A stretch of DNA of 64,000 bases from Chrysomallon squamiferum. Its lineage: Eukaryota; Animalia; Mollusca. The notes beneath the pieces are model-generated. The model was not told where the DNA came from. It was given only the letters and a program-made list of their open reading frames with translations, and did not search any database. Position numbers and translations under genes: made by a program. Location of the stretch: assembly GCA_012295275.1 (NCBI GenBank), contig CM022666.1, positions 11,284,001 through 11,348,000 of the forward strand. The letters are read 5' to 3'. Positions 1 through 13,400 of this stretch are shown one piece after another (the stretch's first letter is position 1; each line of letters opens with the position of its first letter).

Positions 1-467
1 CCTTTTAATATGACTCAGCAGGAATGTGCCTTATGATATCACACATTCAGCGTTTGGGCATTTGACAGTGTACAAGTACCAACACATGGTCAGCTAATTG
101 CAACAACTTGACAATAACAAATCAATCAACTAAAAACATTTTTTTAAATAACTACATAGAAAACTATATTAATTGAAATATGACACAAAATGACTTTGTT
201 TCTTGATGATTTACATTAACAAAAATCAGTTGACAGCAGATTATGAGGTAAATTCTACTATGTTTTTCATTAGAGTATATTACTTGAAGTGATGGCAGAA
301 AGCAAGGTCTTGTGTATTTTGTGTATTTAAATGCTTGGTACTCAGCATTTTTAGGGAGATAAATGTAGAATATATTATACCGAGAGGTAATAAAAAGCTG
401 CTCTGATAGCATCAGTGTCTGGGTTTTTTCCTCTCATTTTCTAACATGTCATATCTATCTTTTGCAG

Positions 468-1300
468 ATGAAGTAATTCGCCTGACTGATGTAAAATATT
501 TCCCAGCATCCATGTGGCTAATTTGCATAATATGTGTTACGTATTATGTCTCCGTGTTCCCATTTGTTGGTCTAGGCTTGTGAGTTTTCAGTTAATATTT
601 GTATAAACATTTTTTTTTTTTTTTTTTTTTTACTGTACCAACTTTTTTTTAGTTTTGTAACATAATTACTTCCTTATAGACATTTCTGAAAACAAATTGT
701 GGATGTAATTAATGTCAGTTTTTGACTACTGGGGTTGAAAAACATTATACTAATAACAATTAATTCTCAATTGGATACAGTCATTTGATTCTCAAATTAT
801 CTTTAATGGTTGTTTTATGTTATACAACTTAATGGTTATGATAATATGACCATATAATTAACATGTTTTAGGTATTTTATTACAAAAATTCTTTGCAGAG
901 TGTTTTTTGAAAACAAATGGAATCTCTCACCTACTCTAGCCCGTAGTGTTAACAGGTAAGTTGAAATTTTTCTAGGTGTAAATAGTTTATGAATTCTTCA
1001 GTTTGTATAAACTGGGTTCTCTTCAGTCCTTGTTACCATTATAATGGAAGTTTGTTACTTACAGATTATTTTAATACCAATCAGTTATGTTAATTAAAAA
1101 AAAAAAAAAAAAAATTATTGTTTAAATTTAGGCTATTGAAAATGAAATTAAAACAAATTATATGTTCTTCAATTCAGACTAAATTTTTGAAATATAAAAT
1201 CTTACTTCAAAAGAAAATGTTATGGCATCCTTGTCATACAAACTTAATTTGTTCAAGAGATACTGTATAGAGAAAACACTAACATACATACATAAATTCA

Positions 1301-1334
<34 letters not shown>

Positions 1335-1341
1335 AATTTAA

Positions 1342-1372
<31 letters not shown>

Positions 1373-3307
1373 TAGTATACATTATTTCTGCTGTAGCATC
1401 TCCACTCTTTGGATTTCTCATTGATCGCTCAGGAAAAAATTTATTCTGGGTGATGATTGGTGTGTTGGTGACTCTTGGGTGTCATGCACTCCTTGCTTTC
1501 TCTTTTATCAGCCCCTTTGTTGCCATGGTAAGTTTTTATTTGTAATTGTACAACTGTAGACTAGCTGTATGCTTATGGTACAGTTTAAGAAATGATACAG
1601 ATAGGCATTCCTCTGTGTTTGCTGTTGGTCTAAGTCATGACAAACATGTGCCAGACATCGGTTCTATTGAAGGTTGTATACCTATATATGGAGTAGTATA
1701 GCATGAAAGATCCATTCTAAATATTTTCATCATCGCAAAATTGCTATTATTATAATGTGGTATTGTTAAAATGAATATATTTACTTTTTGTGGTATTTTA
1801 TTTTATTATATATAGAAAATGAATGCATCAGAATGATTTCCCTCAATACGAAAGACAATAATGTATTGTGTATTTTGTTTCATTCAGACCACAATGGGGC
1901 TGTCGTATTCTGTTCTTGCCAGTGCTCTCTGGCCCATGGTATCATTAGTGATGCCTCAACATCAGCTTGGTACAGCATATGGCATGTAAGTTTGCCTTAA
2001 CATTTACTCTCACTAAAACTGGATAAATAAATTGCATTTAAAAAAAATCTATGATTTAAAATATTCTATATGCATGTATATGTGTCTGTGTGTAAAAAAT
2101 AATTTTAGTCTGAAATATGTTTTAGCAGTAAGTATAAGTATCTGACAGCACTTTTACTAATTATTATTATGGATGGAAGATGTATTTTACATGCAAAGAT
2201 ATGTTTTTCACTTCAGAATGCAGGCTGTTCAGAACTTAGGTTTAGCAGTTGTCTCCCTTGTTGCAGGTATAATTGTAGATGAACGAGGATATCTCATCTT
2301 GGAAGTTTTTTTCTTGGCCTGGTTATCATGTTAGTATAGCGTTATTCTTTATGAAGATTTTTTTATGTTTTTGTTGTTTTTTTCCTTCAAATTATTACGT
2401 TTATTATTATTTTTCTGTTAGCATGTGTTTTATTGCCTGTTATTAGGATATCATTCTTTATAAAAATATGCATTATTGTTTTTATTCCCTTGTTAACATG
2501 AATTTTATATCTGTTTGATATATTCTTGTTGGACAAATATTCACCATCAACTTTGTGACAATGTTTGTTTTATGTTTCAGTGGCACTGATTGCATCTGTT
2601 ATACTTTATCTGATGGATGCTGCTAAAGGTGAAGTTTAATGAGTTTGAGTTTGTGAGTGGGTGAATGAGGTAGTAATGTCACAGCCATTGTTAAATGAAA
2701 ATTTAGTTATGTTTGATATAAAATATTTTATGTGAATGTATGTGTGCACACTTTCAAGTGAGCAAGTTGGGTGTGTCTTAGTATTGAAATGGAAGATGTT
2801 TACTGACTTCACAAAGATAAGATTATTTAAAATACTGTTTGTAAAATTTAAGACAAACTACATTTCAGATTTGAGTAAATTTTGTCTACAAAATCTTTAA
2901 ATCCATATTACTATTTTATTAACTTACACTAGTAACCTTTTCAGGAGGAGGATTAAATTACTCAGCCAAAAAAAGAAGACTGATCAATCTGGAAAAAGAA
3001 GTAGAAAAGTCAGTTGTTGGAGGTTTTTATTTTTTCCTATGTTAGTAGAAAATACAAAATTAATAAAAGTGCTTGTTGGGATTCTGTTAGTGGTGAATTC
3101 CATTTTTTAAAAGTATCAGTAATTCATGAAATACATTATACTTTTCAAATTTAATTAATATTTTAGAGACCATTATTTTTAATTAGACGTGTTGATATGG
3201 AATTACAAAGATGTTAATTATTAGTTACCTCAAATGTTGATTATATTTTACTGCCATGTTGAGTTTTTTTTTTTTTTTTTTTTGGCAGGATTGACACAAT
3301 AAACTGA
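468..3307 (+). CDS. MFSD1: Major facilitator superfamily domain-containing protein 1 (lysosomal transporter), 3' part; the 5' exons lie upstream of the window
   Basis: Exons 468-579, 899-955, 1371-1527, 1888-1985, 2217-2329, 2581-2628, 2945-3008, 3289-3307 (TGA) splice in frame to EVIRLTDVKYFPASMWLICIICVTYYVSVFPFVGLGLVFFENKW...SLVYIISAVASPLFGFLIDRSGKN...LWPMVSLVMPQHQLGTAYGIMQAVQNLGLA...GYLILEVFF...GGGLNYSAKKR...KIDTIN*. This closely matches the recalled MFSD1 C-terminal half. All junctions are GT-AG except the acceptor at 1369-1370, which reads TG after a T homopolymer. The last micro-exon is less certain. Confidence 0.93.
1283..1329. repeat. (TACA)n microsatellite, interrupted
   Basis: Directly visible. 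Confidence 0.9.
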
Positions 3308-4180
3308 AGAGCTGTCCACTGTCATTTTGAATATTAGAAATCTAATACAAGAGGAGATATTTTTTTTTTTTTTTAATTATATCTTATATTAGAAAATTGA
3401 TATTAATATTATGTGTCAGATACATTTAAAAAAATAATTTCACTTCAATGTATCTTTTGGTTTAGAAAGCAATATTTTTTATACTGTAAAAGTAATTAAT
3501 AATTTAACTGCACCAAATAATAATATAATCAAATAAAGATTAATTAAATAGTCAGTAAAGTATTTTTATGAATGAACTGTTTTCATGGTTTACAAAATTT
3601 ACAACAGCATCTGAAGAAAACAGTTTTGAAATTTAGTGTAAAAATCTTAGTTAATTACAACCAGTGTAGCCTTTATATAATTTTATATATTTATTTTTAT
3701 ATGACTTCATGTTACCTGGTGAATATTTGAATAAGTGTTTAGTCAGTAATAAACTAATGTCTCATTTCGTGCATTTACATCTGTGAATTGAGTACAAATT
3801 GTGTACTTTAACCATACATACCATCTCTCTTTAAATTAGTTTAATAGTAACTATTGGTTTGCTTACAAACTGTGTATTTTCACTACTGGGCTTTGGAAAA
3901 TATGAGTGAATCTGAGATTACATTTTGGGGTGTGGGCAAATGGGTGTTGTATGTTTGAGACTTGTCAGTGGCATCTGGCAGTGTTTGTGAGGTTGTGGTT
4001 GGACTCTCTACTGCACCAATGTATTCCTGAATAGTGTGCGGAGTCTAATCAGACATATTCAAGACAGAAAATATTCAAATCTTAAAATACATACATTCAT
4101 ACGTACTTGTACAGATATATACCACATTAGTGTGTGTGTAAATATTTTTTATATATATATAATGTATAACGTATATGCAT

Positions 4181-4221
4181 GCACACACATACACACACAC
4201 ACGCACGCACACACACACACA
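4181..4221. repeat. (CA)n microsatellite, imperfect
   Basis: Directly visible. Confidence 0.9.
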
Positions 4222-6112
4222 TATGAATGAAATATGAGAACTTTTACAGAGATGCTGCAGATAGTAGATCAGATGGTCACATTTCTGTGTAATGAATTAG
4301 CATAGAACAAAATACTTTATTATTATTGTTGTTGTTTTCATTTTGGGTAATCCCTAAAAAGGGTACCCCATTTATTTATAAGCCTACTTATATACATTTG
4401 AAAAATAAATAACATATGCAATAAAAATGTTTTGTGCATGTGATGTTTTAGTTGAAAAATATTTAAAAAATTTAAATAATATTACTAGTCTGAGGACTTG
4501 GCCTCCTTAATAATAGGAAGACCTGGCCAAATTCTCTATAATTTTACTTGGATGCTGGTTTAGATATAAGAACATAAAAAGCATATATAACAGAATGAGA
4601 AAGATGAAAGGCAGAGTTAGAGCAATGACTGCCTAGAAATAACAGTACTTTAGAAATGTTTCTGTAAGGCTGTTCAAGTGCAGTTCAGTTTCCAAACATT
4701 TATTTACACAAGTTTCAAAAAGTGCCAGTTTATTATTACATAGCTTAAGTTCAGATAGCTTTTATTACTTTATTTCAAAGAAAAATTCCAAAATTCAATG
4801 CCAACTCGGTGACAGTCTTATCCTTTGTTATTAATCTAAAATATTCATTGCATTTGACATAAGAAACAAATGGTTGACAATTCCAAAGCTGATGATAGAT
4901 AATTAATCCATGCTTCAATCATGTCATCACTGAAATCAATTCTTAATGAACGTCAGTTTGATTACTATAAAAAGAAAAAAAAAAGTACATGACTAAAATT
5001 AATTTGTATCAACTTTATTATTATATTAGGGAACATTAAAATGCATATTTGATATTGAGCCAAACTACAGTAACAATAATAAATGACAAATTAAAGGGTT
5101 AGCAATTCTTAAAAATAACATTTAACAATAACAATAGTAATAAAACTTTCTAAACAAAGATTTTAATTTAAAAAAATCTATAAATAGCATTTATACCACA
5201 TAACTTTGTCTTTTATTGAAACTTTGTACTTATTTTATACTTTTTGTTCCATAGTTAATATATGAACACATTAAAACAAAACCATCTTTACTTAAAGAAA
5301 TGTCAGCCCTATAAACAATGTGACACGAGTTAGTAAATGTATACTATTGCTAACATTTAAAAACCTAAATCAAAAATCAAAAACATGATCTATACAAAAC
5401 ATTCCATTCTAAACGACCAAGTGTTGTATTCAGATGATTATTCAGTTCTGAATATTTTTAATAAGACTTTAAATAAGAATCAAAAACATTAAAAATGAAT
5501 AACTTGACGTGTTGGTTATTCTCAGTTTACATAAATGTTAAGTATGATTTTATAGATTAATGTTATGTATGTAGCAGAAAATGTCTAAATAATCATCATT
5601 AAAGTGAAATTTTGATTAATCACCACAGAACGGTACGTATGTATATACAAGGTTCAAAATTTTGTTATAAAGCTGAATCATAAAATCTGAAATTGACAGT
5701 CATTAACAACTGTGCACAAATCTCACTGACAAATCTGATATCTAATTTATTTGACCTTATAAAACAATGTAACATTCTGTCATTTATAGAAATCATTACT
5801 GTTGATCATGTTCACTTATTTTTATATATTTAATTATGAAATATGAACTTAGTTAACTAAGAAAGTTGTATCTCTAAATGTATTTCTGTCTTCTAACATG
5901 TTTATGTACGTTATAAGCTGAATTTATGAAAGTGAACAGTGGAAAACTATTAAATTTCTCAATCTCAGTACCACTGACAATTCATGTGGTCATTTATAAC
6001 ATCTGATGTTGGTCTCAGCTACACTTTTCTTGATTAGGAGAAGACAGATTTTTACATTTAAAATTAAACCTATCAAATGGTTTATAACAAGAACCAATCA
6101 AAATGACAAATA

Positions 6113-7879
6113 TTATTTTTGTTTTGATTTACTTGATTCTTTGTTCATTTTATGTTCCTTGCTGCAGGTTGTGTTGTTGTTGTTCAGCTTCTGGGCTACA
6201 TCTTGAGCTCGTCTGAAAAAACATTTTGCAAAATTAAGGTCATTATTAATTTTCATTTTGAACATACTTTTGTGAATTTCCTTTAGATAAATATTATTAA
6301 TGAGAATTCATTATACTATATTTCTGTAATAAAAATTTAAAAAAAATTATTAAAAAAATAAAAACCGTATATACTGATGTTAGGTTGAAGCTTAAATTAT
6401 TATTACACTTCTGACCAGAATCAGTAGTTCATCTTTCATCTAACACAGAAATATAAAATCACTATAAATAGTTTTAAGTAATACATTTTTTTAATTTAGT
6501 GAATCAAACTGATTATGAAAAGTTTCTGCCAAACTAAACACAGAAATTAATCAGAATTTTGCTAAGTATAATGTAATAAACTGCTAAGTTTTCACAATTA
6601 AAACTGAAATTTATTTTTAGTCTTCGATTTCATATTTTAAATAATTAGATTTTTGCTTAAAATCTGTTAGAATGTAACAGTGAAACAAAACAAAAATACC
6701 TAGAAGATAAAACAAATAAAAACAAAGATAATCACTTTTATTAATGTCTACCTGGTCAAGTCCTCTATGTCAACAAGCATTGAGTCCTGCTCCATATGCA
6801 GATCATCCCGCTCTATCAACATCTGAACCAGTTCATCATTCAAATCTGTTAAAGTAAGTTAAAGCATATCTAAACTACTTCAGCATTCAAGTCTAAAATA
6901 AACACAGGTTAATAATAAAAACCTTAATTTAATTTTTGTTTTAAAAAACTATTCTCTTCTCATAATACTCAAAAAAATTACAAAATTAGTTCGGCGTTCA
7001 GCATTTTTATTTATACTGCATAACTTTTGATTTACATTAATTTACTTTTCATTCACCAGAAATGCCTGAAAACCAGTCATAATACAGTCTTCAAAAAATG
7101 CTTGTGTGTATTATTCATTATTTCTTTATATTTCTAAATAAAAATAGCAGATTTTGACTCACTTTCTATCTGACTGTGAAGATCATTCACTAACACTTGT
7201 AACTGAGCTATGTTCATATCATCCAACACTTTATGGTTGATTTTCCTCCATCTTCCATCTCCACTACTTGGAATTCCAACCTTAAACAAAAAAACCAAGA
7301 AGTTGTATATCTGAATTATTAATTTAGAAGTAATTTACTCATTTAGAAAGGGACAGTAATAGTGTTACCAGCTTCTTTATTTGCCTTCTGTATAAAATGG
7401 TGATATGTTTCCAAAACACTTTTGTAAAGTGAAATGTCTGATCATCAGAAGACCTTAGAAAAAAAAAAAGATCAGTCCTGTATGAATTTAAAATGACGTT
7501 TTCTGCAAAAACAACACTAAGTACCATTCACTGTGAGACAAATTATCTGGATGTCTAATTAAAAAATGAAATAATTTAAAAACAACTTTTATAAAGATTT
7601 CATAAAAACAAGCATTTTATTAAATGTTCCTTTTGAATGTGTGCATTTAGTCAATAAGGAAGAATTCAAAATAATAAAGATATTGGTAACAATCTTACCA
7701 TGTCGGCTATAGCAGATTTCTTTTTCAGCTGTTTCTCAACTTCTAACTGCATATGTGCCATTGTACAAGCCTGCAATTTAATCAGTGTTGTATACACAGT
7801 ACATAATTCTCTTTAAAAAAACTCTTAGTATTAAATATTTTATGTTTGCTTATTACTTATATGCCTACCAGCTTTACTT

Positions 7880-7923
<44 letters not shown>

Positions 7924-7930
7924 ACACACA

Positions 7931-7979
<49 letters not shown>

Positions 7980-10399
7980 GGAGTATGTTTTACAGAAAAT
8001 CAACAAAAGCTGATTAGTGACATTTTGTTAATGTTAATAAATATTTGGTAATGCTGTTCAGTTATTAAGTCATTTCATGTAATGCCTCTGACAGTTTGTC
8101 AGTAAGTATGATGTCTGTAACTTTCAGTAACTTCATTGAATTGATGAAAACAGGAAAGATAAATGCTTGTGTATTAATAAATAATAAATATACTTATTTC
8201 AGTTACTCACAGGACATCAACATTCACTTGCATTAACCTACTAAGCTACTGTGATAATGATTGGAACATTTCACTTGGCTTTTAAAACAGTTGCAGTAAC
8301 TGAACTTGCTTGACATACACTGATAGGTTCTTTGTCTATAAAATTGTATTCAAGTTCCAGAGATAAATCATAGTTTCAAAAATGGAAGAATCAAACAAAA
8401 TCATTAACAGTAAACAAAACAAAGCTTGTAACTGCTGAAAATACAGCAAATCATTCATTAGATATTGTCAACATATCACAGAGACTGCCTGATTCACATT
8501 CAGACATTTCGTGTATCAGAAAACATTCATTTTCAGTAATTACTTGAACTTTTAGGTGTTACATGAAATGACTGGTGGCACATACTGACTGAACTTTGTA
8601 TCTGCTATTCACTGAAAAGAAAAATTTCTTAACAAATCTCTCAGATTCAAACTTTAGTTCAGAATTTTTCTATAATCTAACTTGATAATAATGGTCTGAG
8701 TATATACGTTACATGAAATATGTAAAATTCTGAACTTTTCAGAAAATATGTGAAATCATTGAACTGAAAGTATTATGGCCAGAACTGGTGATCATCCACG
8801 AGAAAAGCTAGGCATTCACAGAGTCAAGCTGTAACGTTAAGGACATGTTTATTTCTTGATTAGGAAAGAACAATACAAATTTGTTCAGTTTCAACACTCC
8901 AGTCTTCACAGTAGAATTAAATTTTCCTGCCCAGCCATCATCTTGCCTCCCTCCTAAAATTCTCTATCAACTTAAGTCAGAAGATGATCTGCGTGCAGCC
9001 ATTGCCAGTTTCCTGAATGAAACATTAAATATATATATTTTCTGAAATTCTCTGGAATTGTACACCTTTCCTGATAATAAACTTTTACTCTAAAATATTT
9101 CACTTACTTGAGCTAATGCTATTTTTGCTTCATCCTGTAACTTTGCCTGTTTCTTGAAGAAATCATCTTCATCTTCAGGTGCTTGTAAATTAGTTGTTGA
9201 TTTTGAGCCATGTGCTGACTTTATTAGAAAAAGAAAAAAGAATCTCAGGTATTTGAATAAAGAAAATACTGAAAATAATCCTTTCACCAAAATGATTATA
9301 CTAATGATCTTCTCTGGTCAATATATTGCTGTCAAACAATATCTGATTAGCCATAATAAATAATAACAAGAGTACTGACAATTTTATGAAAATATATACA
9401 AATAAATTCAATGAAAGAGTGAGAGAGAAACAAAATTCAGAAACTGCCTGGCAAAATGAACATCATTTAATAAAGAATTTTATCTACTTCCTAAAAGCAG
9501 TATGTCTGCAGTTACTCCGATTATCATGTCAAAAAGAAATTAGATCAATAATCATTGTGGCCAAAATAATATGTAGCTGATGTTTAGGGTCTTAGAATAG
9601 GAACAGTTAATTAACTACAGCCATTAGATATGATCATGACTCTAGTGTATCCAAGCAATTAAGTACAATGAAAGGTGGGATTGGAAGAATGTGCACTGAT
9701 TTAGCTAACAAATTATGGCTTAATTAAGATGATGGGCAACAACAAACCAACAAATATCATTAATTAAATTATGTGCTAATTCAAAACTGAACTTTAATTG
9801 ATGCTCAAAACAATAAAAAAATAACTCAATTTAATTTTTTTAAACTGTTCTGTATCATTAGTTCTTAATTGTTACACCTATTCCCAAACCAGCTACTTTG
9901 TAATTTGTTTCCAGATATGAGTCATATTATTATCTGAAAATATTTTCCTATCAGCCAAACTGACATTTCAAATAATGCAATCACCCAACCATCTGAATAT
10001 AATCTCCAGGATGTCATCTTTACCTCGGATTTCATTTTGAGTACATCAAAATAAGCAATAATTTTTATTTGGAATGATAAATCAATAAAAATGCAAATAA
10101 TGTATTTGTCAAATGTAATGTGCTGTTCATTAAAGCAAGCAATATTCAGTGATTTGAGAATGAGAGCTACTGTTTAAGTAAAACAACTTCAGTCAACCAA
10201 CATGAGGAGTTCAGCTGAAAGAGTAACACATGCTAATATTGTATGTTTAATTTACATTAAACAAATTTTAATTTATTCATTGATTCCTGACATGATTATT
10301 TGTTCATGAATGTTACGCAGGTACAGCTGCAAACTATGTTATTAGTGTTTGTTTCTACATTATCAATAATTCTAAAACTGGGTATGTATTTATCAATTA

Positions 10400-10439
<40 letters not shown>

Positions 10440-13400
10440 GTTTTCACACCATTTTCTAAGAAATACTAAGTACAGCAATCTATTTTAATCAGAAAAATTT
10501 AAAAGATAAAATAAGATTAACATTACTGATAATAACATTATTTCATCTTAGTAGTAAAACCGTCCTGACAAAAACATAAAGAGGCAAATGATGATCTTTT
10601 ATGACATAAATGGTTGGTGCAGATCTAACATGATTCTGTTTACCAAAATTTCCACCAACCAGTGATCAGGTCAGTAACATCAGCAATATTTATTGCAAGT
10701 GACTGAAGCTCTATTATCATATTGAAGACAGTGATGAATACAGATCTGCATAATCAATAAGAATTGTTATTTAGAACAAAATGCTACAGAGAACATTCAC
10801 TGTATAATAAATGATATTACACAATTGTATTAATCAGTAAAAATTCTTTTGTACTTTTTTTTTATCTAAATTTTATTTTTCTCTTCATTGATCTTAATTA
10901 GAAATAAATATTTGAATTAAACTGCCCAGAACATCTCTGCTCTACATCCAAACTAACTGAAAAAAATGAAATCAAACAACATTTGTCAAAATATTGGTGC
11001 TGATGAAAGAGTTATAGAAATTGTTTTTTTTAGAAATTGGTGTTTCATATCTTTGATGATAACCAAAATGATGATGATATAATAAATAAAAAAATAAAAC
11101 TGAATAAATGCATCATTCAAATCTAACAAATCTATTCCTAATGCCTACCAATTAACAGCAAGTGATCTTTTTCAACAGAAATGAAAACATTAATGGCTTT
11201 TGGTAACTTAGTCATGGGGTGCTGTCACAGGAGAGTTGCCAATCTTCTTGTAAATTTACTTATTTTCAGTGTCAGTCTGGGTATACAGTAAAATTTCCTT
11301 CTTTCATTTTTGTTCTGAGACACCAGTTGTGACTGTCAGTTTGAATTAAATTTAATGATATCTATATTCTGTATACTAAATCAAAGTTTCTTGAATTTTT
11401 ATTTATCAGAATATTTTTCAACACATTTTTGTAGCATATTTAATATCTCATATTAGCCTAAATGAATGTAAAAACTAGTCAATATATAATAAAGAATGAA
11501 TGTAAAAAAACTAGTTTATTTAACATAATAAAGAAAGAATGTAAAAACGAATGAGTAATAGAAACAATGTGTTTTGACTGTTTAGTAACTGATATGACCA
11601 TAGTTTTCTATAAAGTGATTATATGTTATTTGAATTAGTAGTATATGTGAAAAGAATAATGAGTAAGAAAGAAGTATTACTTGCTAAAACTCATGGATAT
11701 ATGATAAACTATAAAAACATATTCAACATAGTAAGAACTGAAAATTGAAACATGACTGTAAAGCATCCTAGTGATCTCTTTCCTTAAGGAGGTGGCTAAG
11801 TGTAAAGGGATTTAAAAGGAATCAAGATGAAAAATATATTTTATATAATTAATGTTATGTGGTTCAAAATCATTATTTGGACCATCTTGTTATTAAATCT
11901 GGTATATCAAACAAGTTAAATTTCTTCATACTGCAACCAGTAATAAAACAAAATTTGAAATGGGTCACAAAATGACATTTATTTTCTAAGATTGTTCTAA
12001 AAAAAAAAAGGGGGAAATTAAAAAATTAAAATCTCTGATGCCTAAACACAACTTACTTGAAAATGAGATGTACTTGTCTGGTCGGTGGAAGTAAGACTTG
12101 CTGCAGCTGGAAGCTCAGTTTCATTGTCAGTTCCTTCATTCATAAAACATATCTGTAAGTTCATGCCACCATGCATGCGTGATTGTAAGCTTGGCTTTTT
12201 AAGACTTTTTTCACTCTCACATATTTCTTCGTCTGTTCCCATTGCCAGCTTGCGGCGAATCTCTTCACGATCATTATGATGTGCCTGTAGAACAAACACT
12301 GTGTACAGCACCACTCTTAATCTCACTTTATAAATGTTAGTAAATAATAATAATAATAATAATAATATTAATAATAATAATAATAATAATAAAAATAATA
12401 ATAAAAAGTAAAAAAATTCAAACAAAACAAAATAAATGTAAAATATGCTAAAAATTGAGTAACATAAGGCATTATTATAATTACATATGACATTTTATAT
12501 TCAAGTTCTTTATGGTATTCACAATACAGTTTTGTTAAGTAATGTTTATAGTCTGAAAGATCAAAGAAATAAGCAGCATATTAAGGGAAATGCATTGAAC
12601 TAGTTGTTCAGCAAATGAGAAAGTCATGAGGATTGTCATGCATCATTTAGGTAATTTTGTTTTATATTTTAACCACCTATAACTGGAATCATGTTAATAG
12701 TAAATTTGCCAGGAACAATATTATTCTCCTGACATTTTTTTTGATTATTTCTTTTGGACAATTTTTTTTTTTTTTTTTTTGCAGATGTTCTCCTGTGAAC
12801 TTTATAAAACAAATATCAAAGGAGTTAAATATAGAAAGTCATTCAGATATTATCTAATGACATTTTTCTAACTTACCTGATACCAGAGAATCCTGTGTAA
12901 TTTATATTTACAGTTCCATGGAGACAAGCATTCCCACTCATTTAATGTTTCTTTGAAATCACTCACTACTATGTCATTTAGGCATGCTTTGTCCCTCATT
13001 TTTAATTAATTACTACATGAAATCATTATTATCAATACTCTTGCAGACTAGCACAAACAAGAGTCACATTATTTGCCAACTAAAATAGACAAGAATAATA
13101 TCATACCAATGATTCAGTTCTTTACACAAAATTCCACAATAAATTCAATAATTTGAAAATTATAAAATAATATTTAAAAAAAGTAACACGTGTATCATGT
13201 TTGCTCTCTCTTTCTCTCTGTCTCTCAAACATACAACCATTTACACTCATTCATTCACACACATGCACTCACACACACACACAACCACAAATTTAATATA
13301 AAACAAAGATGAAATCAACATTTATAGAACAACACATAAACTGTTCAGAACTTGGCTGATATGCACCATTACCAAACATTCTTCCATTAATTGAACATTT

